This document shows positions 34,587 to 55,944 of a DNA stretch of 64,000 nucleotides, in pieces. Numbering within the stretch: position 1 is the stretch's first letter; every line of letters starts with the position of its first letter. The stretch comes from Hormiphora californensis. Its lineage: Eukaryota; Animalia; Ctenophora. The position numbers and the translations under genes were made by a program. The notes under the pieces were generated by a model, which saw nothing but the letters and a program-made list of their open reading frames with translations, did no database searches and was not told where the DNA came from. The DNA is taken from the NCBI GenBank assembly GCA_020137815.1, contig CM035353.1, positions 3,596,001 to 3,660,000 on the forward strand, in the 5' to 3' direction.

Positions 34587-34718
34587 TTTTTAGCTTGTCC
34601 TCCCTAAATTTCTACTACGTATTTGACTCACTGAGTTACATTTCAGAAAATGTCCAAGATGATACTTCAATTACAAAATAGACCGGTGGAGTCATGGCAT
34701 GTCAGCGGAGGAAAATAA
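24794..34718 (+). CDS. SLC33A1: Acetyl-CoA transporter 1 (MFS). Exons: 24794-24898, 25306-25435, 25645-25747, 25958-26109, 26357-26438, 31226-31401, 31851-31951, 32207-32291, 32704-32808, 32918-33005, 33238-33338, 33867-33978, 34117-34223, 34401-34496, 34647-34718.
   Basis: LYILQGVPLGL, YPFSCKLLWAPLVD..FGRRKSWLVP, LAATQDIAVDGWAL, ASTCNSVGQT, GGTYITLLNTISNLGG, DVDGYF. One apparent +1 frameshift at ~31335. Confidence 0.92.
25737..25945 (+). repeat. ~34-bp minisatellite repeating the SLC33A1 exon-3 donor junction
   Basis: TACCCGTTCAG|GT occurs at the true donor plus 5 intronic copies. Confidence 0.85.
27262..28190. repeat. Long palindrome (arms ~450 bp, centre ~27725), foldback-type element
   Basis: 27262-27711 is the reverse complement of 27737-28190. 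The central part recurs in the duplicate copy, centred ~29026. Confidence 0.85.
27421..30015. repeat. 1.3-kb direct tandem duplication (27421-28714 and 28722-30015)
   Basis: Constant offset of 1301; identical ORFs at 27989 and 29290; 7-nt junction filler CATACAC. Confidence 0.9.
28569..28677. mobile_element. 109-bp hAT-type MITE, full-length reference copy
   Basis: TIR CAGGAACCGACCGAA, 8-bp TSD CTTTCTTC. Other copies near 12590, 24441, 25535, 26465, 26880, 29870, 39858, 58751 (TSD ATACTTAC), 59790 (TSD GTAATCAT) and 60160. Confidence 0.9.
29997..30290 (-). CDS. Ly6/uPAR (three-finger)-like GPI-anchored protein, 97 aa, nested antisense in SLC33A1 intron 5
   Basis: Signal peptide, IQCY start, 8 Cys ending in C-x2-DLCN, then small residues and a hydrophobic tail (GPI signal). 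Acceptor-like CCCACAG 14 nt upstream of the ATG. Confidence 0.82.
   Translation of the reverse strand: MIRTCLLLTILLGVCLSIQCYSGATNDDVTDSMKQDCTSLISSCSVGSLSGITTYSCGDCSVLLTDCTECSVDLCNGGTSALPALAVIISSIVLCMF
32448..32712 (+). repeat. 32-bp minisatellite repeating the SLC33A1 exon-9 acceptor junction
   Basis: CCCCATTGTATTCCCTCTCTAG|GCGTGTTT occurs 8 times; only the last copy continues into the coding exon. Confidence 0.9.
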
Positions 34719-36444
34719 TGTTAATTTGTTGTCAGGACTGATATATAATAATATAATAATATAATATAATCATACTAAGTTTAAAGGATTTGTTGTTACT
34801 CAGGACTGATAGATAATCATACTGAGTTTATTGTCATGATATTATTAAGTTTATTTCAGAATTCAGACGCGTCAATAATGCTGTAAGAGTCGTCCATACA
34901 CTGTCTGGCGGCGCCAGACCCCAATTTGATTCTCGACAGTGCGCTCAGATGGGTCGCGGCGCCAGACAGTCCATACATCTTGCTGTGCAAGTTTAATGCA
35001 GAATGTTAACAAGAAAATATGTTATGAAGCAACTTATATTTTCAGCTTTGACGAATTTTTTCGGGTGTGTATAATATGTGATCTTAGCGGTGTTAATAAG
35101 TTATTTGATCACAATTGAAAAAATATATTTCTTTCACTTCTAATTCCATGTTTCGTGACAGTGCCACGGCAGCGGGGACAGCTTCAGCCATTTGTGATCG
35201 AGCATCATAAAATGCTGTCTGGCGGTGTGACTGATCCTGTTTGACATTATGGTTTCAGTGCCAGACTTGCCAGACCCCAATTTGACAGTGCACTCATATT
35301 GGGTCGGCGGCGCCAGAATGAGATTTGAATGGAATATGAAAACAGCTGCGCGTAATTTATTTGCGCGTACCTTTTGCGCGCGCAATTTTATTTAGAAACG
35401 AAAATTGCGAAAATGTGAATTTTTAAATTTTGAAACAGCTATACTCGGATTTTTTGAAACTGTCACCCCCCTGAAATAACAAAATTTGTCATATCTCCGG
35501 TTCCTGATAAGATAGAGACTTGAAATTTGGAGGTTCGGAAGAACTTAGCAAGATCTTCGTAACTTCCAAATTTCAAGTCTCTATCTCATCAGGAACCGGA
35601 CTTATGGTCATTTAAAGAAATTTGAAAACTCTAGGGGGGTGACAGTTTCAAAAAATCCGACTTTACTTTTTTCACAGATTTGTTTTATTTCTAACCTCTG
35701 TTGTGCGAAGCAACAACGAACTGGCCGGAGGGCGAAGGCTGTGGCCATTCTCTATGACCTACTTTTCGGCTGAATGAAGAAATGAAAAAGTCGGGAAAAT
35801 AAAAAAGACGCGAATCCCCGCACAGCCGGGTGTCCGTAGCTCTGCCGGACGGCCAGCGTTAAAATCTGGGTGTTTCGTGAGTGCTTTAGGGCTAAAGTAG
35901 GGTTAGGGTTAGGGTGGCCTGGGGGTTTGGGTCAGGCCTTGACATTTCCTACCAGATAAACTTTGAATTAGCCAAAACGGTTGAGTGGTTGGGCGGTTAG
36001 AGCCATTTTAGTGAATCAATTTTTTTGGCCACCGAACACCCAGATCGTAACGGCGCCCTTCCGGATACCCAGGTGCACTGCGTGCAGAGCGGGTTCTTCT
36101 GTGTGCCACAGTGCATTTTGACATGATCAGGTGTCCGGTTCACCCTAAAAATTTTGTGTGTGCACAGAGGATTTTTTTTTCGTGATCAGAAAGCTTTCAC
36201 CGTTTTTTCCCATTTTTCACAGAAGGAGTTCAGAAATGCTTAAAATCGTTTAAAAACGCCTAAAAATGCCAGAAATTTCGCCCTCTCAACCCTCAGCCCC
36301 TCGACCCTGGACCCTGCTAAACTTCCTCGTTGTTATGCGGCTAAGAATCAACCAACCGATCCTTATTCTTTGAGTTTTAAATCTTCATACAATTAACTAG
36401 CAAAGAGTGATGTGAATCCTAAACGGTGTGTGTGCGTGGAAGAG

Positions 36445-44593
<8,149 letters not shown>

Positions 44594-45146
44594 CGAGACG
44601 AGACTCGAAACTGGTCATATAATGAGAAACCGTCGTATAACGATAATCAAGACTGTCGCAGATGATGGTGAATATAAGTAATAAGGAGAGAGTTTTTTTA
44701 CTTCAACATTTTGATAACATGTGTAAAATACAGCATGATATGTGGGCACACACGCATGAAGAGAAAAAGATAGAGAGAGAGAGGGAGAGAGGGAGAGTGA
44801 GAGGAAGGAAAAGACTATCGAGAGATGAGAGAGAGAGAGGGGAAGAGAGATATAGAGATATAGAGAGAGAGAGAGAGGAGGGGAAGAGAGATATAGAGAG
44901 AGAGAGAGAGAGGAGGGGAAGAGAGATATAGAGAGAGAGGAGGGGGATTAGTGGATTACTCCTTTGTTGATCAGTTTTATTCTTTTTTGCATGTAGAATA
45001 TTAATAAAAAGGACATGCTAGGGTGTACCCGGTATTATGATATTAGTACAGGGTGTCCCACTGTCTTTGCGTCACCTGTGATTTTGGGTGATGAGTGGGT
45101 TCCATTCAAATGCCCATAACTAGAATGTTTGAGATGATAAGAATTA

Positions 45147-45432
45147 CACGGCGTCATACACATTTTTATTTGGAATTTCCATCTGGGATTTCTATTTGGA
45201 ATTTCTATCTGGAAGAACCGCACGTGCAGATGCGCCGCGCCGCGGCTCAAATTCACGTGCGAGATTAAAGAGAGAGACGCACATTAACGTTGTACGTTTG
45301 TCTCTCACTCTCTCTTGAAAACCCGCACGTGCAGATGCGCCGCGCCGCGGCTCAAATTCACGTGCGTGTTATACAGATTCTGACAGAAAATACGAGCACA
45401 AAATTCCATATAAAAATGTGTATGACGGACTG
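45147..45432. mobile_element. 286-bp MITE, same family as the insert in LINE ORF2
   Basis: TA on both flanks; reverse complement of 9020-9305. Confidence 0.85.
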
Positions 45433-46647
45433 TAATGCAGAAGTGCAGTTCAGTAATTTAACCTCCCGTTGTAATGATACCTATTCTATTGTAGGCCTAT
45501 TTAAATTGTACTGTTAGAATATTACAACATCGGATTCACTTTCACGTATGGTAATACAGTCGGACCCCGATTTAGTGGGGGGGGGGGGGGTCCTGCCACT
45601 AAATCGGGGTGCCACTAAATTGGGTTCAAATAATGTTAATTTTCGTATATCGGGAGAAAAAAAATCCTGCCACTAAATCGGGGTGCCACTAAATCGGGGT
45701 CCGACTGTAACATAATATTGTTCTTCTCGAAATATTACGGCAACAACACGGCAAGTGTGATCTGAACTGTGCATGAGACGCCTTGTTTTGTTCTAGATGT
45801 TGATTTACTCAACAAGTTGAAGAACTTTCCCAAAATGCTGATAATTCGTCATTAGTAAGAGATTTAAATTGTACCACAAGGTTGGAGTTTGTTGGGTTTG
45901 AAGCGTACGTTTACTGTATGTATTAATGAGTTTGTAATTTTGCTTTGTACAATAATATTCTCCCTGTTTACCACACCCACTAATATCATGCTGTTTCATT
46001 TTGTAAAAGGGCCCGGCACTATTTCATATAGTATTTGTAGGGTGTATGCATACAATAATCTCAAATCGCTTATTCCTTTTGCACACGACAACATATGTGT
46101 TTTATTTTGTCAGCCCAAGAGTTTCAATGCGATCGCCCCACCCGATGACGTCATTGCTATGACGACATTTTCAACTGGTCGGAAGGCGCCGTCTCGCAGC
46201 TGGTTCGTCGCATCTTCCCGCCGCGCCGCGCGCGCTAGGTTTGAGCACTCTCCCCCCAAAAAAAGCGTTAAAAACGCGTTCACCCAAGAAAAAAATTTAA
46301 AAAAAAAACGATCAAAGAAGTTAATTTTCTGGGATCTCAACCTTGATTTTCCTGTGGCAGCCCCTGATTTGTTCTACTGAATGCAATCGATAAATTGACA
46401 GAAGGCTGCTTTACGGGGATTGGCGGCAGTTCTAACATTTAATCATTAATGTGATCCAGAGGGAGGGACAGGGGCGGCTCTGCCATGAGGACGATGCGGA
46501 CGCAGACGCACTTTTACTTTGGATTGTGAAGAGGAAAAGAGAAAAATTCAAAGAAAAGGCCAATTTTCGTCAAAAAATGGTGTTTTGAATGAGATTTTTA
46601 ATCAAATCTGCGCGCCGCACAAGTTGGTGATAGTTTAAAAAAACAAC

Positions 46648-46836
46648 CTTGTTTTCGACATTGTCCCACTCTACGTCGGTACTGCAGGTCCTCTCTGGGC
46701 TACCCTGTAGCACGTGCTGCTCCTGACAGTTGATGGTCACCGTCTGTCCTGGATCTGTATCATTCCAACTTCCTTGCACCGATCTGTCCACTGGACTCAG
46801 TGAGTGTCCAGTGTCCACGGTAAACCCAGGACACAC
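46648..46836 (-). CDS. Exon encoding a sushi/CCP-like domain, possibly a downstream exon of the lectin gene
   Basis: CP...G..V.I.C...HVLQGSPERTC....W pattern. Acceptor CCATCAG is in phase 1, compatible with a donor after CQCPN in the lectin gene. The 3' end is unclear. Confidence 0.55.
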
Positions 46837-46883
46837 TGATGGATAAAAATTCTGTTAGGAGCAATTCCTTCAGCAAATATCTC

Positions 46884-48882
46884 CCCAGTGTCAAAAAGCC
46901 ACGAATATGCGAATCTAATTTCCAATGCTTTTAGAGAAAATAATGCCAAAATAATGCCAAAATAATGCCAAGCCTAGTTCCCCAATCACACACATTTGTC
47001 TGTAAATTACAGTGTAATGTGAACCCAAAACAAGAAATTATACAGCTGTTTCTCACCTCACTCTCACCCTCTCTCCTCTATTCTTCTCTCTCCCTTTCTC
47101 TCTGTCTATCTCTATCTCTCTCTCCCTCTCTCTCTCTGTCTCTCTCTCTCTGTCTCTCCCTCACTCTCTCTCTCTCTCACCCACTCTCTCTTTCTCTCTC
47201 ACTTCCTCTCTCTCCCTCTAATTAGCTCGTGCTAATAAGGTACCGTGTGCGGCAAAAAAAAAGCCCCCCCCTAGACCACCATAGTTGCCGATGTGGTGGA
47301 GAGCTGTAACTTGGCAGGGTTGCTCCACTATGTCTATCTTGATCCTGACAGAAAAATCAGAGCTCTAGCTCAAAATTCATTTTTTTGATAGGAATGAACA
47401 TTGTCATTCATTCCAAGAAAAAAATATTTTCGGTCCAGAATTCAAGCAATTATCTTTGGCCATCGATTAGCTTTCCAATGTGACCAAGATCATCTAAATT
47501 GGGCAACCACAAGAGACACAGTGTCATGTTTCTTAAAGTTAGTCAGGTCATGTGATCTTCACCGAATCGTTGATTATCCGGGATTGCTAATCGAGCCAAT
47601 GGGCAGAGGAATCTCGTATCACGGCCGCTAATGAGGTATGTGTACCAATACAGGGTAATGTGATTCGAGGAAAGAGGACATTTATCAAAGAGCTACAGAT
47701 CTCATGATCAATCAGCATCGTCATCCCTCATTAGTAGCCGTGATACGTGATTCTCTACCACTTAGACCGATTCGTAATACTGAACACTCAAAGATTCGGT
47801 GAAGATCACATGACCTGATTAAATTTAAGAAAGATGACACTGTGTCTCTTGTGGTTGCCCAATTTAGATGATCTTGGTCACATTGGAATGAATGACAATG
47901 TTCATTCCTATCAAAAAAATGAATTTTGAGCTAGAGCTCTGATTTTTCTGTCAGGATCAAGATAGACATAGTGGAGCAACCCTGCCAAGTTACAGCTCTC
48001 CACCACATCGGCAACTATGGTGGTCTATAAGGGGGGGGGGATTTTTTTTGCCGCACACGTAGTATGGTAGGTATCAGATTTCATGGGATTCTGAGATTCT
48101 AAGGCATTATTTTTGCGTGTTAATTGGGACTCTGAGGGACTCTGGGGCATTATTGGGACTCTGGGGGCATTATTGGGACTCCAGAATCCAAATAATGCCC
48201 TCCTTAGTTTATCACTCAAACCTGTTTTTTAGCTTCTAAAACAATTCTACGAGATAGACAATCATTATAAGGGTCACATAAAACAAAATAAGGAGAGTTG
48301 ATGTGCCACAAATTAAAATAATTAACCTATTTTATAATTAACTTCATTAAAAAATTAAATTATTAAAAAAATTTTTCTTCAAATTTCGCTAGATTTTTAT
48401 TTAAAATGACTTATTATGATAGGGAATGGTTCCCGGGTGCTCTATAAAGTCATTCCAAGCACCAAATTCATGCAAAATTGACAAATTTCAACAGAGTCTC
48501 AAAATGGCATTATCAGGCATTATTTAAACAGATGCCCGAATAATCGAATAAACTGTTAACTAATGCCTTCTATGTACTATCTAGTATCATTGCCAACACT
48601 TTTTAGTTAGAAAATAATGCTCTCTTTTCGCAGCGTGTTCGTCTCAACGTTGCGCGTCGCGGGTGATCGAGCTAACCCGGGTGGGCGAGCTAACAATAGT
48701 GAACTTCCATGCGTTATAGTACATCGCGCGCATGTAATTGCACTATTGTTAGCTTGTTCGCCCGGGTTTGGTACAGTCTGCGACGCGCAGTGTTGAGACG
48801 AACACGTTCCGAAAATGCAGGATAATGCCTTTTTTAAGAAATTTTCAGAGTCTAATGCCTTTCGAAATAAGTTGACACTGGG
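46884..48882. mobile_element. ~2-kb non-autonomous DNA element (hAT-like) containing a nested MITE
   Basis: TIR CCCAGTGTCAA...TTGACACTGGG; 8-bp TSD AATATCTC. A related end lies inverted at ~53820-53922. Confidence 0.8.
47243..48059. mobile_element. Palindromic TA-flanked MITE nested in the element above
   Basis: Termini CCGTGTGCGGCAAAAAAA / TTTTTTTGCCGCACACG; long internal inverted arms. Confidence 0.8.
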
Positions 48883-49034
48883 AATATCTCTCCCTTATTT
48901 TTCATCCCTCTCTCACTCAAGCTGGCTCAACTAATGGTGTTGTCTTCTATAGGCATCAGCTGATGCCCCTCCCTATAGAGTCTAGAGGGATGGGCTCTAG
49001 AGTATTTAGCTCTGTCTGTGTGTCTGCTTGTCTG

Positions 49035-49172
49035 TGACAGAGACAGAGACAGAGACAGAGACAGAGACAGAGACAGAGACAGAGACAGAGACAGAGACAG
49101 AGACAGAGACAGAGACAGAGACAGAGACAGAGACAGAGACAGAGACAGAGACAGAGACAGAGACAGAGACAG
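49035..49172. repeat. (GACAGA)n microsatellite
   Basis: About 23 perfect units. Confidence 0.95.
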
Positions 49173-49974
49173 AAGTCGCTTCAAAAACCTCACAAACTTA
49201 AAATGACTATAGTGGCTATTCTTGAAACAATTTTCTGAGCTTTCCCTCACCCCTATAACCCCTTGAGAGAGCTAATATTTATGGGTGGAGATAGAATTAT
49301 CTCCCCCTATTTTCTCAGTAACTATAGTAGGTAGAAATTCCGGAAAAGTTGGATACATCCCCAAATTATTTCAGCTATCAGACAAACTAATAATATTTAC
49401 TATTCATTGAGCCTAAGCATGATTTTAGAATTGTCTAATTAGGTCCTTGTAGGAGGTGTTGATGACACTTGCCCTACAGTGATATCAAATTTCTTGGTTT
49501 CGAGCGTCTCTCCTTTATCTTTCGTATCACTCTCTCTCGGTAATTCTCCGAATCCGACCAAGGAGGGGCGTGTAGTAATTGGGTGTTAGGAAAGATAATG
49601 GCATACTGACTAAAAAATTTCCAAAAATTCAACTATTATTAGTAATGATAGACAAGTTTCACATGATTTGATTTTGAAAAAAAAAATTATAGAATTCTGT
49701 ATACAAATGTGTTAAAAGTCATATGCGTCATTTTTAAAGTAGATCTTGGGAAGTTGATGAAGTTTAGTACTTTATGTGAGGCGGAGACAAATCGATCTCC
49801 TCCCACAGGGATAAGGGTTAAAGGGAATTAACATGTTTATAGGCTATAGCACATGTACACACAAACTTCAACTTCAAAAGTTGACTTCAAAAACTACCCA
49901 ATTTTTTCCCAAAAAATCTCCGAGAATGATTCTCAACACTTTGATTAATGCTCTCTCTCACTCTCTCTATGTTC

Positions 49975-50022
<48 letters not shown>

Positions 50023-50028
50023 GTCTTT

Positions 50029-50059
<31 letters not shown>

Positions 50060-51022
50060 TTAAACTTTCCATCCAACTTCAAACCCCCCCCCTAAGAATT
50101 ATCACAATTGAGTGAAATCACAAGGATCACCGCTAAAAATCATACTAATAGTTCAATTGCTTTAGGTATAGTATGTTATAGGCGTCTTGTGGATTGATAA
50201 TGCCATACGTTGCTGATGGTAAGTGTAAAGAGCTGTAGTCTATCTATTATAAACCACCCCCCTGCTGTTGTCAGTGCCCATCTATCTATTATATTGTAGA
50301 GCCTGGAGGGCGGGGGCACTGAATCTTGGGGAGAGAAAAGGGGTCTATATTGTATTGGAGAGGGGGCACTAATTCTTGAGGAGGGAAAAGGGCCAGAGGG
50401 GGGGGGGGGGTTTAACTTTCGTTAGTTGATAGGGTACTGATTTAATTCTACCCTTCTATATTACTAGCGCACCCATTGGGTGCGCCTCAAGTAAGGGCTT
50501 TTTGATATCCCACCCGGCTTCGCCTGGTGGTTCTTTTCGCCCCTTTAAACGTCAATAACACGGTTGCCATGGCAACTGAATTGGTAACTATGCGGACTGG
50601 CATGTTAAAAGTCATTCGAAATATTAAGAAACTTCCACTGGAACTTCAGAAAGTGTGAATAACAGCTTTACAGCTTTTGTCACATGAAGTGTTTTATGAA
50701 GGAGCAGCCTGTCGCTTAGATACCGCCTAACGAACGACTTCGACGACGTTCAATAGAGATTCATTTCTAAATTTGACAAAAACTCGTATCAACTAATTGG
50801 AGATAAGACCAATAATATCAAGGATGTACCATTATTGCAGGACAGCTCAGAGAGGGAAGGCCCATTGGGACAATCGGAGGTATAACTGATTTGTTTTGGG
50901 GAGCTCTAAACTTCTTCTACCTATTGTGAGTATTGTAGTGACTCATTAGTAATGAATTAGACGGACAACATTATTTTTTGTTAAGTGAGCGAAGGTCGAG
51001 GAAGGCAGTGCCATACTATATA

Positions 51023-51659
51023 CAGGGTGTTCATTTTGGATCTTTACAAGCGTTGGCCTTCACCCAGAAAAAAGTTGACAAGATCAGGTCATGAAACTTC
51101 ATACTTGGACCATTCTATAGCCTCATTCAAGGTTCCTGGGGTTTTTGGAGCTCTAGCACCCCGGGAAGTGTGTTTTTGGCATCAAAACTACCAGAAGGAA
51201 TTTTTCGATGGTGCTGAGACTTTGCTAAAATGTTTTTTGGGTATTTTCTATGTCAATCCTAAAGTTTCATAGAGATTGGAAGTGTTTTTCAGACTCAAAA
51301 TTTCGTAAAAAGTGGCTGGAAAGACTCAATTTTAGTCGTTTTTGAGCAGTTTTCGAGCCTTTCCAGCCACTTTTATCGAAATTTTGAGTCCGAAAAACAC
51401 ATCCAATCTCTATGAAACTTTAGGATTGACATAGAAAATACCCAAAAAACATTTTAGCAAAGTCTCAGCACCAGCAAAAAATTCCTTCTGGTAGTTTTGA
51501 TGCCAAAAACACACTTCCCAAGGTCCTAAAGCTCCAAAACCCCCAGGAACCTTGAATGAGGGTATAGCATAGTCCAAGTATGAAGTTTCATGACCTAATT
51601 TTGTCAACTTTTTTCTGGGTGAGGCCCAACGCTTGTAAAGATCCAAAATGAACACCCTG
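51023..51659. mobile_element. 637-bp palindromic Tc1/mariner-type MITE
   Basis: TA|CAGGGTGTTCATTTTGG...CCAAAATGAACACCCTG|TA; arms ~300 bp, slightly diverged. Confidence 0.88.
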
Positions 51660-52564
51660 TATTACCTCCGAACTTGTGTAGCTTATATGTACTGCAGTGC
51701 GCTCTGTGAGGGTTCGGTAGATCAAATTCGAACTTGTGACACATGATAATATAGTATGTAGAAGTATGAAGTAGTAGTAGTAGTAGTAACATAATGTTAC
51801 TGTTAACATACATTCTCTCTCCGTTTCAGTTTCACATCAATGTTCATGCCAAACAGTGATAATAGCAGGGTGACCTCGGGTGCCCCACCACCCCCAAGGA
51901 ATGCCGCAGGAAGACGGATAGGAGGGTTCGGGAGATCGGGAGGTGGTGGTAAGTTAACCAATATCATTCTCCCCCTATTTTATCTATTGAATAGCGATCT
52001 CATTCTCTAATTGATATTCTCTATTCTCCCCCATGATCCATATTCTCTCATTTGTGACTGATTGGGGCTAGTGAGATAAGGTATTAAAGAGTTTATTTGA
52101 ATGGTCAAAACACGGAATTGGTTGAACGTTTCGGGGTGTTTCCCCTTCTTTAGTTTTTTTTCAAACTTTCATTATCTACAACGTAAACCTATTTATTGAG
52201 CTGAAGAAGGGGTAAAACCATTAAACGTTCAACCCATTCTGTGATTTGACCTGTCTCCAAATGACCTTCCACACCCAGGTCGTGTCCTCACCTCTGTCCC
52301 CTCCCCAGTTTCATCCAGTCAACAATCTCAGCATGTTGTGTCTCCCCACGTCACCCTTTCTGTGTACTTTAGGTGTAGCGCGCGGTGACAATTTTATAAA
52401 GCGCACCGCGCATTTTTCCCACGGTTTGTGTACCGCTACGTACAACATCAATCGCGGACCATTCATCCGAATCAGTCATTAATTCAGAAGTCCTTAATCT
52501 TTAATCTAACATTATAACTCCACCAAATAGCACATCCACCCCTTACACCCACCCAATACCAGTC

Positions 52565-53695
52565 AAAGTAGAAACGTTTCTTAGAGATTAGGTGCCTAGG
52601 TGGGTCAAAGTGAGAAAGTTTCTTTGAGATTAGGTTGGTCAAAGTGGGAAAGTTTTTAAGAGATTAGGTAGGTCAGAGTGGGAAAGTTTCTTAGAGATTA
52701 GGTGGGTCAAACTGGGGAAGTGTCTTAGAGATTAGGTGGGTAAAAATGGGAAACTTTCTTAGATATGAGGTGGTTTAAAGTGGATAAGCTTCTTAGAGAT
52801 AAGGTGGGTCAAAGTGGAAAAGTTTCTTAGAGATTAGGTAAATCAAAGTGGGAAATTTTCTTAGAGATTAGGTGGGTCAAAGTGGGAAAGTTTCTTAGAG
52901 ATAAGGGGGGTCAAAGTGGGAAAGTTTCTTAGAGATTAGGAGAATCAAAGTGGGAACTTTTCTTAGAGATTAGGTTGGTCAAACTGGGAATTTTTCTTAG
53001 AGATAAGGGGGGTCAAAGTGGGAAAGTTTCTTAGAGATAAGGGGGGTCAAAGTGGGAAAGTTTCTTAGAGATTAGGACAATCAAAGTGGGAAATTTTCTT
53101 AGAGATTAGGTTGGTCAAACTGGGAAAGTTTCTTAGAGATAAGGGGGGTCAAAGTGGGAAAGTTTCTTAGAGATAAGGTGGCGGTAGGTCAAAGTGGGAA
53201 AGTTTCTTAGAGATTAGGTGAGTCAAAGTGGGAAAGTTTCTTAGAGATTAGGTGAGTCAAAAGGGGAAAGTTTCTTAGAGATTAGGTGGGTCAAAGTGGG
53301 AAAGTTTCTTAGAGATTAGGTGATTCAAAGTGGGAAAGTTTCTTAGAGATTAGGTGAATCAAAGTGGGAAAGTTTCTTAGTGATTAGGTGGTTTAAAGTG
53401 GATAAGCTTCTTAGAGATAAGGTGGGTCAAAGTGGAAAAGTTTCTTAGAGATAAGGTGGCCGTAGGTCAAAGTGGGAAAGTTTCTTAGAGATTAGGTGAG
53501 TCAAAGTGGGAAAGTTTCTTAGAGATTAGGTGAGTCAAAGTGGGAAAGTTTCTTAGAGATTAGGTGGATCAAAGTGGGAAAGTTTCTTAGAGATAAGGTG
53601 GCCGTAGGTCAAAGTGGGAAAGTTTCTTAGAGATTAGGTGAGTCAAAGTGGGAAAGTTTCTTAGAGATTAGGTGAGTCAAAGTGGGAAAGTTTAT
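52565..53695. repeat. 34-bp satellite AAAGTGGGAAAGTTTCTTAGAGATTAGGTGRGTC, about 33 units
   Basis: Head-to-tail units; a noisy second array at ~56100-56490. Confidence 0.92.
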
Positions 53696-54329
53696 TAAAT
53701 GCGATGGTGGGGTTAAAATTCATCCAAAGCTGAAAAATGTACACCCCCGTCGGGGCTCTGGGCTGCAACATGAACACCCCCTGTTTGGTTAGGTAGTCGT
53801 GAAACAGCTGTATAATTTGTTGTGTGTGATTCGGGAACGAGGCTGGGCATTATTTTGGCATTATATTCCCTAAAAGCATTGTAAATTAGATTCGCATATT
53901 CGTGTGGGTTTTTGGCACTGGGCTGTGTACTGCTGTGTAACCACAAGTTTAATAGAATAATTACCACAACTATTTATCTGGCGAAAATGTTCTAAAATTA
54001 CATTACACTCATTCTTCCAAAAATAATTAAGTACATTCCGATCTCACATAGAGCACGTTTTAACTGTATCATATAGACCACTGTCTAACTGTTAGGGCAC
54101 TGGCAGGCGATGTAACGTTCACGAATAACGAAGGAATCGTCGAAAGTTCCCCACTTTGAAAATTGTAGAACATCCTGCTCGTAGCCTTTAATATATTTCG
54201 CATTGTCGGGTTGCGGATGCTCCCAGGCGATCCCAGCAAAATCCAAGACCTGGAAACGAAGAGGTTGTGATTGCCAAATTGGTGATATGATATTTGCACT
54301 ATATCTACAAATATATAATTTGTACTACT

Positions 54330-55116
54330 ATCTTACACAACTGAGGCTGGAATCCTGGAACCAAGCTTATCAGTTAGAGATCTTGGTGTGCTAGTTCAAG
54401 CCGATCTAGATTGGGAGGGACACATAAGGACGATTGCCGAGAGCGGACGCCGCAAAGCATCTTGGGTCCTGAGTGTCTTCAAAACGCGGGACAGAGAAGC
54501 TATGATAACTTTGTATAAGAGTATGGTCAGGAGCCTGCTCGAGTACTGTTGCCCTCTCTGGAGTCCGACTAAGATTAGGGATATCGAGCTACTTGAGGGA
54601 GTGCAGCGTTCCTTTACCAGACGTATAGCGGAGTGTAAGGGAATGACCTACTGGCAGCGCCTTCAGTATCTCCGTATCAGCTCCCTACAACGCAGGAGAG
54701 AGCGTTACATTATTCTACATATGTGGAAGACTCTTCATGGCCACATCTCCAATGACATCGGAGTACAATTTACCGCCGGTGGCCGACTGGGAACCAGAGC
54801 TGTGGTTCCGAAAATTGTGAAGAACTCTCTAGCAGCAGCACAGTCAGCATACGATGGATCCTTTGCTGTGATGGGGCCGAGGCTCTGGAACTGCTTACCT
54901 GCTCAAATTAACCAAATCACTGAGTTCCAGGTTTTCAAAACTCAGTTATCAAGATTTCTGGACGCGATACCAGACCAACCTCCAGTCGCTGGGTATACGC
55001 GGAGATCCACAAACAGTGTTCTTGATAGTACCAGTGGGGAGTTGCAGAAAGCGATACCCCGATCGGACGAGCAGTAGCCGGCGAACTACACATAAGTAAC
55101 ATAAGTAAGTAAGTAA
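54330..55116 (+). mobile_element. 5'-truncated CR1-group LINE (C-terminal RT region, ORF 54388-55077) with (TAAG)n tail
   Basis: LYKSMVRSLLEYCCPLWSP..LEGVQRSFTR..LQRRRER..RLWNCLP. Absent from the corresponding intron of the other copy (~57600-57640). Confidence 0.85.
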
Positions 55117-55789
55117 CTTACCTCCGTACCGTCTGGCCAAACATAAATCCCCTCGTCCGTTATATCATTTCCTCCCGTCCACACCCAGTTGTGATAATCG
55201 TACTGGTCATCGTTCCTGTGAAGAGGTGGAAGGTGCCGGGGTCCGATAGCAATGTGTTACCATGGTAACAGCTGTACAATGTGTTACCATGGTAACAGCT
55301 GTACAATGTGTTACCATGGTAACAAGTGTACAGCGTGTTACCATGGTAACAAGTGTACAGCGTGTTACCATGGTAACAGCTGTACAATGTGTTACCATGG
55401 TAACAGCTGTACAATGTGTTACCAGCATAAACAATGTGTTACCAGCATAAACAATGTGTTACCTTGCTCCTAGAATTAAGTCGATCAAAAATACCAACTC
55501 GTCAACATCATCCTGATCCTTCACCTGTGTAAAAGGATGGTAACTGGCAGTAGTGGTAGAGGTCGAGAGATGCGCTAGATTATTGATTATGCAACCTGAC
55601 AACCATGAATATTGTACATTACCATGGCAAGCGTCAATCCAGCTTGTTCGCAAGCCGCCTTCGCATCCGGCCAAGTCATTCTTGCTGGAGATACAACGTA
55701 TTTCCCTTTGTAGTCACACGCGTACGGGTGTGTCTGTGGGGTCAGCTCGGTTATATCTAGGCCAAACAGGGTAAATATCATATCAAATC

Positions 55790-55854
55790 TTGCCTGGCTA
55801 GACTGTGTTTCGGGCGCCCCGCACAAATGTAAAGGGAGGGTTAGAACATAACAA
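55790..55854 (+). mobile_element. 65-bp TTG...CAA micro-element; identical copy at 58303-58367
   Basis: 8-bp TSD ATCAAATC. Confidence 0.8.
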
Positions 55855-55944
55855 ATCAAATCATGGTAATATAGGACACCACCCAATACCTTATCAACAA
55901 AAGTATCGTTCCAATTTCCGTCGTGGTTGATGGCCACGTGACCG

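Larger units (their letters stand above)
54085..55939 (-). pseudogene. Second, 5'-truncated copy (or alternate haplotype) of the last five lectin-gene exons
   Basis: Nearly identical to 57355-58452; begins abruptly mid-exon next to low-quality sequence. Confidence 0.7.

Noticed and set aside
52565-53695. CRISPR-like array
   Set aside because: Head-to-tail 34-bp units without unique spacers, in a eukaryotic context with no cas genes; it is a satellite.
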